A stretch of 64,000 nt of DNA from Podarcis erhardii (lineage: Eukaryota): NCBI GenBank assembly GCA_964252035.1, contig OZ176202.1; one strand, 5' to 3'. Numbering within the stretch: position 1 is the first letter of the stretch; each line of letters starts with the position of its first letter. Of this stretch, positions 37,238-49,199 are shown one piece after another. A program made the position numbers and the translations under genes. The notes below the pieces were generated by a model. It searched no databases and had not been told where the DNA came from. It saw only the letters and a program-made list of their open reading frames with translations.

Positions 37238-37419
37238 GTCAGTTTGAGTTTCACAATTCTGTTTCTGGCTAATGCGTCACATATATATCTAGTTTTATGA
37301 GGTACCTTTATACAATTTGCACTCCACCTTTTGGATCAACTGAACCTCAAGGCAGCAACCTATAGAGTGATTTCCAAGTGATACTCAGAGTAGACCTACT
37401 GGAAATCAGTGGTCTCAAA

Positions 37420-37610
37420 TTAAGAACATAAGAAGAACCTGCTGGATTGGGCCAGTGGCCCATCTACTCTGCACCCTGTTCTCCCAAGGCCACTCTCCCC
37501 TCCTGCGGTATCAAGCAACTTGTATTCAGAAGCATCACTGCCTCTGAGGGAGGAGGTGGAGCATAGCTATCATGGCTGGTATCCATTGATATGATGTATC
37601 CTCCATGGAA
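37420..37610 (-). mobile_element. CR1-like 3' UTR fragment; similar piece near 45270-45430
   Basis: AAGAACATAAGAAG...GGCCCATCTA motif typical of reversed CR1 tails. Confidence 0.5.
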
Positions 37611-38055
37611 TAACTTGCATTAGTGTTGTTGGAGTACATGCAAAGAGACAGTTGACATTTGTAGCTATCTTAGATTGGGGATGGAGGGTATCTATCAGCA
37701 TGTGCAGACCAAAGCAAATTGAGGCCTCCTCTCCTTGAGCACTGGAGTACTGCTAGCAATAAAACCCCCTGGGCCTATCATTAAGTGAAGGAAAAATGGA
37801 GATGCAGCTGCTTCACTATGCATTAAATGCAACATGTACCTTGACCCTGAATTAACATTACTTAGCTAACAGGCTGGTGAGGTGTGAGGGGTACTTAAGA
37901 CTTCTGTTGTCAGATGAAAGGGAAAAATACACTCACGCCCCAACAGACTGCTGGGAAATGTGGTTTTCGGGCCTTAGAAATATGGAATCTGTTTGGCAGA
38001 TTCCTTCATGTGTATAGAGCTGTTCCCTGAATTGAAGCCAAGTAGAGTTTTATGC

Positions 38056-38413
38056 GGGTGGCGCTGTGGTATAAACCAAACCTAGGGCTTGCCAATCAGA
38101 AGGTTGGCGGTTCGAATCCCCGTGACGAGGTGAGCTCCCGTTGCTCGGTCCCTGCTCCTGCCAACCTAGCAGTTCTAAAGCATGTCAAAGTGCAAGTAGA
38201 TAAATAGGTACTGCTCCAGCAGGAAGGTAAATGGCGTTTCCATACGCTTCTCTGGTTTGCCAGAAGCGGCTTAGTCATGCTGGCCACATGACCCGGAAGC
38301 TGTATGCCGGCTCCCTCGGCCACTAAAGCGACATGAGCTAGTGAGGTGTGAGGGGGACTTAAGAGTTGTCCACGACTGGACCTATTGGTCAGGAGTTCAT
38401 TTACCTTTACCTT
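38056..38413 (+). mobile_element. Sauria SINE
   Basis: GGTGGCGCTGTGG head, TTTACC tail; 13-bp TSD TAGAGTTTTATGC at 38043-38055 and 38414-38426. Confidence 0.9.
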
Positions 38414-39244
38414 TAGAGTTTTATGCAAATATCAGAACATACAATGGGCTCTAGATCAGCTACCTCCTTTATTGCCTATTAAACCCTTTGTTATGCTTCT
38501 AGGGCAGCGTAAGAGTATTTCTTTTGGTCCCTTCTCACTTTATGTTCTGCAGACACAGAAAGTCACACCCAAGTCTGAATATTTGCAATATCCTTAGTGG
38601 GAAGGCATTAACCATACCACATGCAGTAGTAGTTAAAATACTTAATAGGGAGACGATAAAAGGAGTTTTCCATCTTCAGGAGATGCTGTTTTCATAAAAT
38701 TTAGAACTTATATGCTAATGGTTACGTTGCAGAGGACAGTCCTATGTTTGAAGGGCTGTTATTCCTCTCTTTCTGAAGGCCCTGCACCCAGCAGGGGAAG
38801 AATGACTGGATGCCCTGGATGGCAGGGCCAGCCCATCCGTGAGGCAAGATGAGGCAACTCCCTCAGGTGGCAGGATCCACAGAGGCAGCGCATCCCAATG
38901 TAGAACTTTATTCCCCATTCCTTCTTGATGTAGATCTTTACTCACCCCTTCTTCCCTGGTGGGGAGGGAGGAGCCATTTTGTGCTGAAATGTCTTGGGCT
39001 GGCCACCCCGACTGTAGGGAAGGGACTCATGAACCTCCAATTGGTGCACTGCACTATGAGCATAGCAAGCAGGCAGGCAGGCAGGCAGGCAGGGGGAAAG
39101 GAGGTTTCTGTCAATCAGTGCTGGTGACAGGCCATGCCTCAGGTTTAAGCAGACATATTTAGAAAATTAAATAAGCAGAACAATAAAATGACAGTATAAG
39201 AAGTTTGTACAGTGTGCATGTTTTAATCATACAGTGTTGTTCAG

Positions 39245-39328
39245 CCTATTCATTTCAGGTGTCTTGTACCACTGACCAAGGAAGTGCGGTAACACCGGTG
39301 ATCAAATACAACACTGCTACAGGAATCG
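39245..39328 (+). CDS. USH2A: Usherin exon (human exon 69 equivalent)
   Basis: gttcag|CCTATT...TCG|gtaaat; 84 nt; TYSFQVSCTTDQGSAVTPVIKYNTATGI. Confidence 0.92.
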
Positions 39329-40637
39329 GTAAATTCACAAAGGCTCCTCCTTGCCATTGCGTGCGGATTTGCTGTCAAATATTACTGGTGCACATGGGCT
39401 CTGTGTGTATCTCAAATAATGAAGTGATTCAGATCATGATTCTGTGTACCTGGGTGGGATCACACCATTAACAAGGCATTTCAAGGTGGGTTAGATGGAC
39501 CCCTTAAACTTCCAATTGGCTTTACAGCCTTGGTTTATCCAAAAGCACAAATTTTCCACCTCCCCTCTTATTTTCTGAGAAACAAAGCCAAACTGACTGG
39601 AGAAATGGCCAGAGCTTGATAGGGAGAGAGACAGAGGACTCTTTCATTTTGCTGGACACAGTGAGTTGTTTTCCAAGGCCACTCCAAAATCACAGTGATT
39701 TAGGGGAAGGGAGGTTTAGGCAAATAATCAGTGTTGTTCTTCATGTGGGTTTTAGTTATGTTTTAGTTATGAGAGCAGGGCATTAGTGGTGGAGTTAGAA
39801 CACTGGGGTGGCTTGCTTCTTTCCCAATTATTATTATTATTGCCTAACAAACAATTAAAACTCATAGCTTATTTTTTCTTCAGGGAGGGTACTTCCAGGT
39901 AGAAAAAGAAACTGCAACTTCTCCCATTAAAAAACAAACAAACAAATAAACAAACAAACAAACATAAAATCGCCTAGCAGGATAGCTCCTATACCCATTT
40001 GTTAGAAGCACCTCCTTCATGTCTCCAGTTTTTGAACTGATTGCCCACAAAAGAAACTAGGGGATGGAATATGATTTCTATTTTCAGACCACTACAAGGT
40101 AATGTCTGCTCCTGAAAAGTCACCTTTTCAGAGTGGCAGGACCTATGTTCAGGAATTCCCTGCCTCTGCTGAAAATGTTCCGTTGCAGCAAGCCCCTGTT
40201 TTACCTTTGTTTAAAATATTTTGTTAACCTTACCTTGTTTTTTAATGATGGTTTGATGCATATTTGTTTTTGATTGTGCTGTTTATTTTAGACATGCTTT
40301 ATCTAAAATAGACTTTCAGCAAGTGGTTTATAATTTTTTTTTTCAAAAAGAAAGAAAGAATGCACACCCTTTGCTAGAGAGACCAGTGACCCCTTTGAGA
40401 CTCTTTATTCTATCCTGTTTAAAACTTATTCCTTAAAAAAAGTATTTCCCACCAGACTTCCCTCTTTTAAATCCCCTTCAAGGATTAAATGGACACAGTT
40501 GCTGTGGTGTTTTTGGCTTGAGTGCAAGAAAGCTTTTTGCAACATATATTCATGTGAACACACACACACACATACACACACTACCTCCTGATAATTGTTT
40601 CAGCTGTTCAAGGTTACGTCGATGAATCAGCCTTCGC

Positions 40638-40642
<5 letters not shown>

Positions 40643-40682
<40 letters not shown>
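40643..40682. repeat. (CA)n microsatellite
   Basis: About 20 units, roughly 280 nt upstream of USH2A exon 70. Confidence 0.95.
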
Positions 40683-40683
<1 letters not shown>

Positions 40684-40960
40684 CCTTCTCTTCCCTGGTA
40701 GGTGCCAATGCAGAGGTGATTTCCAACCCAAGCAGCAATGCCAGGGCTTAAAACAGTCTCCAGAGTGCACTAAGCTTTATGATCCAACCCCCTGGCATAC
40801 TGAGCCACTGCAGCCCCTTGCAAATGAGCAGAGTGTGACAAACAGTCACCAGCATCTTTCCAACACCTTATAAAATCAAATCAGGGGCGAAGCTAGATCA
40901 CACTACATTTTCTCTCTAAAATAATACGTGCCCACCCTCTTCCTTCCCCAGATATCACAG

Positions 40961-41205
40961 GCCCTGCGTTAACAACCCCGGGAGATAAGCACGAAGCAGA
41001 GGCAAAGCAGGCAACCTTCTACACAGAGCTGTGGTTTGTGGTCCTAATGGCCATCCTTGGCTTGATCCTTTTAGCAGTTCTGCTGTCCCTGATCCTGCAG
41101 AGGAAAATAAGCAAGCAGCCGTATGCACGGGAAAGGCCTCCTTTAGTCCCGCTTCAAAAGAGGATGTCGCCGATGAGTGTCTATTCACAAGGAGAGACGC
41201 ACATG
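40961..41205 (+). CDS. USH2A: Usherin exon (human exon 70 equivalent), transmembrane helix
   Basis: 245 nt from the atcacag| acceptor to ATG|gtacgc; FYTELWFVVLMAILGLILLAVLLSLILQRK. A second in-frame acceptor would start the exon at 40952. Confidence 0.93.
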
Positions 41206-41472
41206 GTACGCTGCTTGGACTGTGAATTGTTTTGCAGGCATGCTCCCCACGTGTGCATGCATGCACGCATTAATGCACGCATGCAGACACCTGCCCACGC
41301 ATGCACATATAGATGGAGAAGCTTTTTGTCCGAAGGGAAACTGCAGCTTCTGCCCTGGCAGTGACTAGTTCACATTAAGCAATTCTCTCGCAATTTCTCC
41401 CTCCACCTAGAGAACATACGCCTTGGGGCAGCCATACAAATGTGAACTAATATAAATGAAGTAATTTGGGGA

Positions 41473-41612
41473 AATCATAGAACTGCGGGGTTGGAAGGGA
41501 CTAGGAGGGTCATCTAGTCCAACCCCCTGCAATGCAGGAAACTTGCCCAACCTGGGGCTCAAACCCACAATCCTGAGATTAAGAGTCTCATACTCCTCCA
41601 ACTGAGCTACCT
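41473..41612 (-). mobile_element. SINE with tRNA-Lys-derived head and CR1-like tail; second copy near 8719-8840
   Basis: Minus strand reads TAGCTCAGTTGG...GAGACTCTTAATCTCAGG...GAGCCCCAGGTTGGGC followed by ...TTCTATGATT. Confidence 0.7.
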
Positions 41613-44600
41613 GGAGAGGCCAGCGGTGTCATCTAAGGCAGCTTCCTATGCTCCAACAGTTAAAGCAAATTCACTAAGCACATGCTTAAGGTTTGCTGCT
41701 TGATATGGGGCAGAGGACAAAAGCAGGAGGTCTTTGTGGTATTCTCTCCCCTCTTCCCATAATGTTTCGCCATGTGTACTCATGTCACGTGTTTCGCAAC
41801 CAGCAGCACAAACTGTTGGAGAAATGCGCTGCCCAAGGAAGGGTGCCTAAATGGTTGACGCGTGACATGGGGCTGTCATATTTGGCTGCAGTTCTACACT
41901 GAAACCAAGGGAGTTTTAAAATACTTAGCTTTGGCCAGATGACACCTAAGTAGAGGATAACTCTGCCTACCGCTCAGGATGTGAAACTTGGCAAAGGTAC
42001 AGTATTTGAAGTGAGAAGCAGCCGCTTTTATCTGTGCCTTGTGCCTTTCTAAAGGGAATCATTGCAGAATTATATTGCTAGCCATTTCCCCCTCTCCCAC
42101 ATGTGCTGTGTTCCCCCCGCCCCCTTCAGACTGCACAGCATGCTTAAATGTTTCTGTCATTTTCGCAGCTCAAGCCTTTGTTAAAAGCCTCTTAAAAGAG
42201 CGCAGCAAGTCAACAATTTTAATTTTTATGTGGCCCCTTAAGGACCTGTCAGTGCTATGGCTACTCCTCGAGCATTACCGAGTTAGGGGGCCAAGCGGGG
42301 GCCTTAAAGGAAAATGTTTGTGTTTCAACAATGACCCTCAGGAGCTGGGGGATGCTGCTCTCAGCAACATTTCTATGGTGACTCTGGGTGGATTGTAAAG
42401 GCTAAATTAGGGCCTGTTTAATCAATTTTAGTTGAGTTTCTGAACTAGTAAAATGAGCTTTGAAAATAGGCTGGTTTGCCTTTTATAGGAATAGTCAGTT
42501 GTAGCTGAAAGAAAGGCTCAAGAGCACCAGTAAAAACAAAAACAAAAAACTGAGGATGCAGTTTGATTATAATAAGCCAAAATGTGTGAAAAGTAGGTAT
42601 TACAATAGGGAGAGAAAAACCTGAGTGTTGTAAATGCTTAATTCAGGCACCCCCTTGTTACAAGGCTGTAAAAAGTTCAATGAAATGGCTTAATAAGCTC
42701 TTCTCCCCTATTCTTTGTTCTGCCTTCTAGTCTAGATAGGCCTTTAGGAACATTTGAAGCGGTGTTCTTTCAAGTCAGACCACTGGTCAAGCTAACTTTG
42801 TGTTGACTAGCAGTAGCTGCCCAGGGTTTCTGACCTGGATGTTTCCCTGCCCTAATTATAGATGCTGGGGATTGAACCTAAGGCTTTCTGCATGCAAAGG
42901 ATGTGCTCTACCACTGTGTGGTCTCCTCCTCAAAATACCCAGGATCCTTCCCTTCCTTTGGTCCCACTTAACCTTTGTTAAGGGCAAAGGAATCTGCCTT
43001 ATACTGAGTAAGACCATGGATGCTGCTGCCTGCAGCAGAAGTAGCCAATGTGATGTCCTTTCGATGATATTGGACTACAACTCCCATCATCCCTAGTCAC
43101 TTGCCAGACAGTGTGTGGCTAATGGGAACTGGAGTCCAGCAGCATCTGTCGGGTACCATTTTGGGTCCACTACACTGGCTGTCCAGGGTTTCAGACATGA
43201 CTTTTTCAATGCCACAAGCGGAGATGCCAGGGATTGAACCTGGGACCTTTTGCACACAAAGGCTTTGTGCTACCTCCAAGCTACAACGTTAGCTGCTGGC
43301 ATTACCAACACTTTGCTATGTTCTCAGTCCCAAACGGGGGGATCTAGAAACCCCCAGTCCACTCGCAGCTCAAATCCAGCTACTGAAAATGAGCTAGGCC
43401 TGGGTGGGAGGGGGTCCTCTGGGCCAGTGGTGGAGCTTCATGCTCTGGCAGTGTGTGGTGGAGAGCAGGCGGGGGCGGGGCTGGCCTGTGTCTCTCCCCC
43501 CCCCTTCCTTTGCCAGTGCTCTGGGCTATCCCTGCTCACAAGCATCAAGCATGCTGGCAATGCCTCCTGCTGTCCATACATTGAGAAAGGGCCTTATAGG
43601 TGGACTGGCATACACATGTATTCCTCCTACACACAAGGGAGGCACCTGGGACAGTCAGATGGCTATCAGTGTATATGTGAGGTCTCTCCTCACACTCACC
43701 AAACATGTGGCCAGTGGGTGAATCATCAGCAAGGGGGCAGAAAGAATGGAGAGAGACCCATTTTAAAACAGTGAACTTGAAATTGTTATAGTATATAAGT
43801 TTATGCTATTGTGTTCTATATATTACCATTATGGGGTATTTTGTTTATTTGATAAATTTAATTAGTATAGTATAAATTAAAGCAAGCTTGCCCATCGAGA
43901 TTTGCCAGCTACCTCTGACCTCAAAGGGAAACTAAAAGCATAGACAGGACAACCTTGTTTCTGCTCTGAGTGTGTCAACAGCTGAGAGAGGTTTACATGT
44001 AAAAAAGCCGCATTTCCATTCACTCTCTTTTCTAGTTTTCCTTCCCCTTCGCCTTTGGAAGGTTAACTGTCTGAACTGCTGCTCTTTCCCCCATCTCCTC
44101 TGTTTTAACTCCTTGTCTTCTCTACTGCCTTGCCTCTCCTCCTTTATTTCCTGCACCTATGATGTTTCAAAAAAAATAATGCAGAAACCCTCTTTCACTG
44201 ATAATCCCTGCCATCAGCCTCCTCTTGCTACTTCTTTACAAGTCCCTGTCATCTCGTCTTCACAAGTATCACAGAGCTCAGATAAGGTAAGCCTTTGCGA
44301 TGCATATGTCTGCATAAACATTGAGAAAGATATATTTCTAAACCGCTAGGCAATGTCTTCTTCCTCCATCCCCCCACCCCCACCACTGTATTAGATTGAG
44401 GGAGTCGCTCTGTTTTATTATCGCTTTCAAGGTCACCCGGCATAAGGTGCAGATAATTGTAAGTGCAGTTTTTTACACCTAACTCAATTACTGGCTTGAA
44501 TCTGGAACACTCAGCCACTGCAGTCCCATACAAATGCTAGTGAAACTTGCCTCCGAGAGCAACAAATTGGCTTTCAGTTGCCATAAGCCTTCACTGCAAA

Positions 44601-44828
44601 TACCTTCCCATTTTTCTGACTCGGTATAATGGGGCAATTCCTCAGCTGCTACAGATCAACATCGCTTTGCTTGATGGCACCGGAGTTTCACGGGCTTCCT
44701 CCTTGCTGGCTCTGTGGCCCGCGCGGTGCAGACATTCATTGCAAGCTAACCTTCCCGTGGAGCATTTGTCACAGCACCCAGGTCATTTAGAAATGCCATT
44801 AATACATTTCTTCCCTTTTTAATCTCAG

Positions 44829-44900
44829 TTTGAGACGGTTGCCGATACGTCTGAGTCCTCAAGCAGCGTCACTCTCAAAAGCTACACAATGCACGCTGAG
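44829..44900 (+). CDS. USH2A: Usherin 72-nt cassette exon, ortholog of the inner-ear-enriched alternative exon ('exon 71' of Adato et al.)
   Basis: tctcag|TTTGAG...GAG|gtagtg; exactly 24 codons, phase 0-0; FETVADTSESSSSVTLKSYTMHAE resembles the recalled mammalian peptide (F..VAD.S..SS.VTLKSYTMH.E). Confidence 0.88.
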
Positions 44901-46285
44901 GTAGTGATTAGTGCGGGTCCGGCCTGGGTGACCAAGCGCTTGCAATTTTCTTGAGTGTTGGCATGAAAGTCTTTTTGCATGACACTTATAGCGGAAAAGG
45001 GGATGGTGCTGAGCATGCTCTTGTGTTGTGTTTCATTGTCCAGGTAATGGAGCAGGTGTGGAACTGGGGTACATAGGCTCAGGCAGAACTAATGGGTTTC
45101 TTTAAGAAAATTGAAATTGGGCTGATGCAACAGGGTTGTTGTTTTTTGGAACATAAGAGAGTTGATTTCCATTAAATCACAAACTTGGGATAAGCCACAC
45201 TTGGGAACCCACGGGAGTTGAAAAGCTGAGTATTTACAGCTAACACAAACAGTCTCAATCCATAACCATAATATCCATATTAAGAGCGTAAGAGCCTGCT
45301 GGGTCAGGACAATGGCCCATCTAGTCCAGCAGCCTGTCTCATGGATGGCCAACTAAATGCCTATAGGAAGCCTGTAAACAGGACCCAAACCCAAGAGCGC
45401 TATCCCCTTCTGTGGTTTCCAGAAGCTCCTTCGATCTCCTGGGCATGAATGTGAGCAAGTGATTAGTGTGTTAGAGTCAAACCCAGAAGAGCTGCATTTT
45501 CATTCAGTAAATCCTTATTTAATCCCAACATCTTCTAGAAGAGCAAGCCATGCTCAGGTTTGCAGGCATGTTTCGAACCTTTCCATTGTCCGAGAGTCTG
45601 TCCATTTCTCCCTTTAGAGTGCAATTGGAACCGTTTGGTGTTTTATGTGATAAACTATGTGGCATTGCTTCCTCATCTCTTGGGTTTGCTGTGATTGCAG
45701 TGCCTGCTTGTGTCTGTGGGCTTTTTTTTTACAGGGCAGGTCACTGGGAGAGCTATGTGACCAAACTATGAAAGCAGAGAATGTACAAAGCTAGGCATAA
45801 CCCATATTAGCAGAATCTTTAGAGACCCTACTGATCTACAAGCTTAAACCCCCCAGCAGTCATTCATTAGTGAACCAATGGCCCTGCTCACCTTGCAGGC
45901 ACTGCTCAGCAAAAGGCTGTTGTTGGAGTGAAATGGGAATTGTGCCGATGACATGCATGTATTGCATGCTTAGTAGGAGATCACCTTGTGAAATTGCATT
46001 GCAGAAGGCTATGGTTTCCACAGGGAACAATAGCTGAAGAGAGTGCTAATGATCCTTGCCATGTGTGTTTAATGGTGTTCTGTTATTGGTCATAAAATCT
46101 GCTGTGAAGATGGGCTCCTGCAGCATTGTGACATTAACTCTCATCTGGTCATCAGCTAAGGACAGCTGATGGAAACCAGGGGATCATTTTGTAGTGGAAG
46201 CCACAGTATGGTGATATATGGTTTGGTAAAAGCTCTTCCTAAGACAACATTTTATTTATTTTGTCTCCTCCTTCCATGCTTCTAG

Positions 46286-46510
46286 GGATTAGCAGATACA
46301 AAAATTCCAGCACCAGTGTCTCCTTTGAGCATGCATAGCAATCAAAGTACTTCCGGCTTTCCAGTACCAAGCCAAAGCCAGATGCAGCGTACTTATTCCC
46401 AAGGTTCTCTACATCGGAGTGTCAGTCAGCTTATTGATGTCTACGACAAAAAATCCTTAATAGAAGATACCGTTTGGGATACCATTATTCATGGCCATGA
46501 CAGTGGTTTG
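46286..46510 (+). CDS. USH2A: Usherin penultimate exon (human exon 71 equivalent), cytoplasmic tail
   Basis: ttctag|GGATTA...TTG|gtaagt; 225 nt; GLADTKIP...SQGSLHRSVSQLID...GHDSGL. Confidence 0.94.
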
Positions 46511-47112
46511 GTAAGTTCTTTTCAAGGGAAGACTGATAAGCTTTGGGGGCCAGTGGCAACTGTAGCATAAAAGCCAGCGGAAAGAGAATGCTAGGAAACC
46601 CTCTCCCCCCCCTACAGCTATTAGTAGAGTCATGAATCCCTGCATTCCACCACTTCTGGCCAATAACCCTTTGCTTCCCAAGCTTTCTGTTCCTCTAGCT
46701 CCTTTGATACTAATTTATACAGGGCACAGGGAAAGCCCAATTACCTTAAGTTGTACTTACCCACATGCACTGGTCTATAAATATGCCAGCAATTGATGGC
46801 CTAGTGTTACAAATGAATGGACCAACTTACATGGTAAGTGTATTTTAATACAGTTGGACATGCATGGAAAGCTTACAAAGACAACTTACCATATGGGAGG
46901 AAAACAATATAAGCAAGTTCATTCATTTTTCTAGATTTTGAGTCACATCCTATTAAGAGAGTTAAATTATCTACTTAATTGTTGAAAATTCAGTGTTCCT
47001 GAATTAATATTAGAAAGGTGTTGGGAGGCGAAGAGTTTCCGCCATTATGTTCTTTGAACATAAGCCTCTTCAACAACAACAAAAGTAAATTTGTTTGTTT
47101 GCTTGTTTATAG

Positions 47113-47202
47113 TATGTGGATGATGAAGATCTTGTGAGCGCTATAAAAGGCTTCAGTACTGTCACAAAAGAACATACAACATTTACGGACACACCTTTGT
47201 GA
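47113..47202 (+). CDS. USH2A: Usherin last coding exon with stop; ends ...TFTDTPL
   Basis: ttatag|TATGTG; YVDDEDLVSAIKGFSTVTKEHTTFTDTPL* with TGA at 47200-47202. Confidence 0.95.
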   Translation, partial: YVDDEDLVSAIKGFSTVTKEHTTFTDTPL

Positions 47203-49052
47203 GTAGTTTTGCTACTGGTATGATGGCATAAGAAGAATATGGAAGGTGTTTTTTCTTCAAGCCATTCTGAACACACTTGCCTTGTTTAGTCATTGAGATG
47301 TAATGTGCCTACCAATATGAATTATCTTGATTTTTAATTTTTTTAAACAGCGTCAGTATTACCATATAATACTTGTGATAATGCATTGCTAAGAAGGGTA
47401 AGATTTCACCCTACAATGAAGGTTTTATGGAGTAAATTTTATTTATATAGTAAAGTATGTATCATAAAGTTTTAAAAATGTGCACAACTGAGCCAGAAAC
47501 CTTTATAAACATTTTAAGCTCCACTTACAAAAGTATGAAGGGAAACCATGGTTGGATGAAATGGTCCATTTGTCCAAAATGAGCCACCGCTTATTTATGC
47601 TACAACATATATAAAAGTTTGCTTTGAACGTTTCAGTCAAAATGTATTAGTTTCAAAAAGAAACCAGCAAAAAGTAAATTGCGGTTGTTTCATCCCAAAC
47701 ATGAGGGTTTGGGATTGTGTGAATCCAAGTCACCCCTGACTTGTTCCGATACAAGCATTTTCTTCACCCTACCACTTTTGGCACACCAACAGGAGATAGG
47801 TCTTGACCTCCCTTGTCTGCATCATCCATTAGCACCATAGTTCTCCTACACCACTTCGGTTTGGTCCTGGGATGTTCCAAAGTACATGGTCAGGGAAGTA
47901 GAGAGTTTGATATTTATACAGGTGTATGTTCTTTCTAAAAAAAATGATTACTGAAATAACAGTTTAGTTTGACTCACTTGTACAGTGGAATCTTGGCTCA
48001 CTAAGAATCCTATTACATACCATGCCGATTTCTTGCATCTCCCTTAAAATATATAAATTTTCCACTACTGTCCTAGCAAATCTTTCATTATCGTTCTTAT
48101 TCTGCAGTGGTTTGTTTCCCTAGCTATGTGTTGAAATATTTTTGATTGCCCTGAATTGTAGATTGAAATTACAATTATTAGTAGGTCAGTTCCATACCTA
48201 GCACTGAGTCCTACTGAATTCTTTGGGATTTAGCCCCAGAAAAGTATATACAGGATTGTAGCCTAAATCGTCCCAAAGAACTGATCTAGGAAGTTAGTAG
48301 TTTAGGTATAAGCTACATCACTTTGCATCAATTTTCTTTGATTAAGTTATGTATGTTCTGTGTCAATAGCTAACTTTAGCCGTTGTCTGTAGCAGGTGGT
48401 CATCTTATCACTGTTTTGTTAGGCACAGGTTGAAACAAAGGTGTTATGTATCTAGTTTTGTGGGCTGGATGCAAGGTGCTACTATCATGCCACTGATAAT
48501 AACAAAATTCATTCCCTGAAGCAGTAAGGCAGTTTTCAGTGCTACACTTATCACATGTGCAGATATGTCTTCTGTGGCAAGGGCATAAACATTTCAACCC
48601 TACACCAAAATTGAAGATTTGGCTTGGGAAGAACAAGAGTAGAACATCATTTCTAGTAGCAAACTGTTGTATATGTGCTACTGACAATAAAACCATTGTA
48701 GTTTTGTCTGTTGATAAGGAAAAGGGAATCACATTTGAACTCAGTCCAAGTGCACTTCAAACCATAAAGTCCCAAAGGACTGGGCCCACCAAAATTTATA
48801 CAAGTACTCTGGTTAGATGGTTTATGAAATGTAATTTCATTGTGTATTTAGAGCTTTTTCTGTGTTTAATGTTACCAGTTGAAATAGCAGATATTTTCTT
48901 TTCTGCCAATATACTTGCGGAGCAAAGGACAAAATACTAAGTTATTTTAAAAGCTGTCTTGTGTATTATTTTTTACACAGAAAAGCAAGCTAAAACTAAG
49001 TATTTTTAATTATTATATACAGAAATGTAGTACATTTCAGAATATCTCAATT

Positions 49053-49058
49053 AATAAA
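49053..49058 (+). terminator. USH2A: Candidate USH2A poly(A) signal AATAAA (alternative at 48686-48691)
   Basis: Canonical hexamer followed by a U/GU-rich stretch, about 1.85 kb after the stop. Confidence 0.5.
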
Positions 49059-49199
49059 TGGTTTTAAACAATATTTTTTATTGGGTTTCTTTGACTCATC
49101 TTGGCCTATGGTCCTATTTATTGCTTATATGAGTAGTTTAGGATTACTTTGGACAGACCACTAGCTGGACTTTTTAAGCACTTTTATCCAGAATATTGC

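Noticed and set aside
41545-41612. tRNA-Lys-like sequence on the minus strand (also near 8790-8840)
   Set aside because: Degenerate and fused to a CR1-like tail, so a SINE head rather than a tRNA gene.
42150-42195. Strong-looking acceptor TTTCTGTCATTTTCGCAG that would give an alternative last exon (LKPLLKAS*)
   Set aside because: No convincing downstream donor or poly(A) signal; too weak without RNA data.
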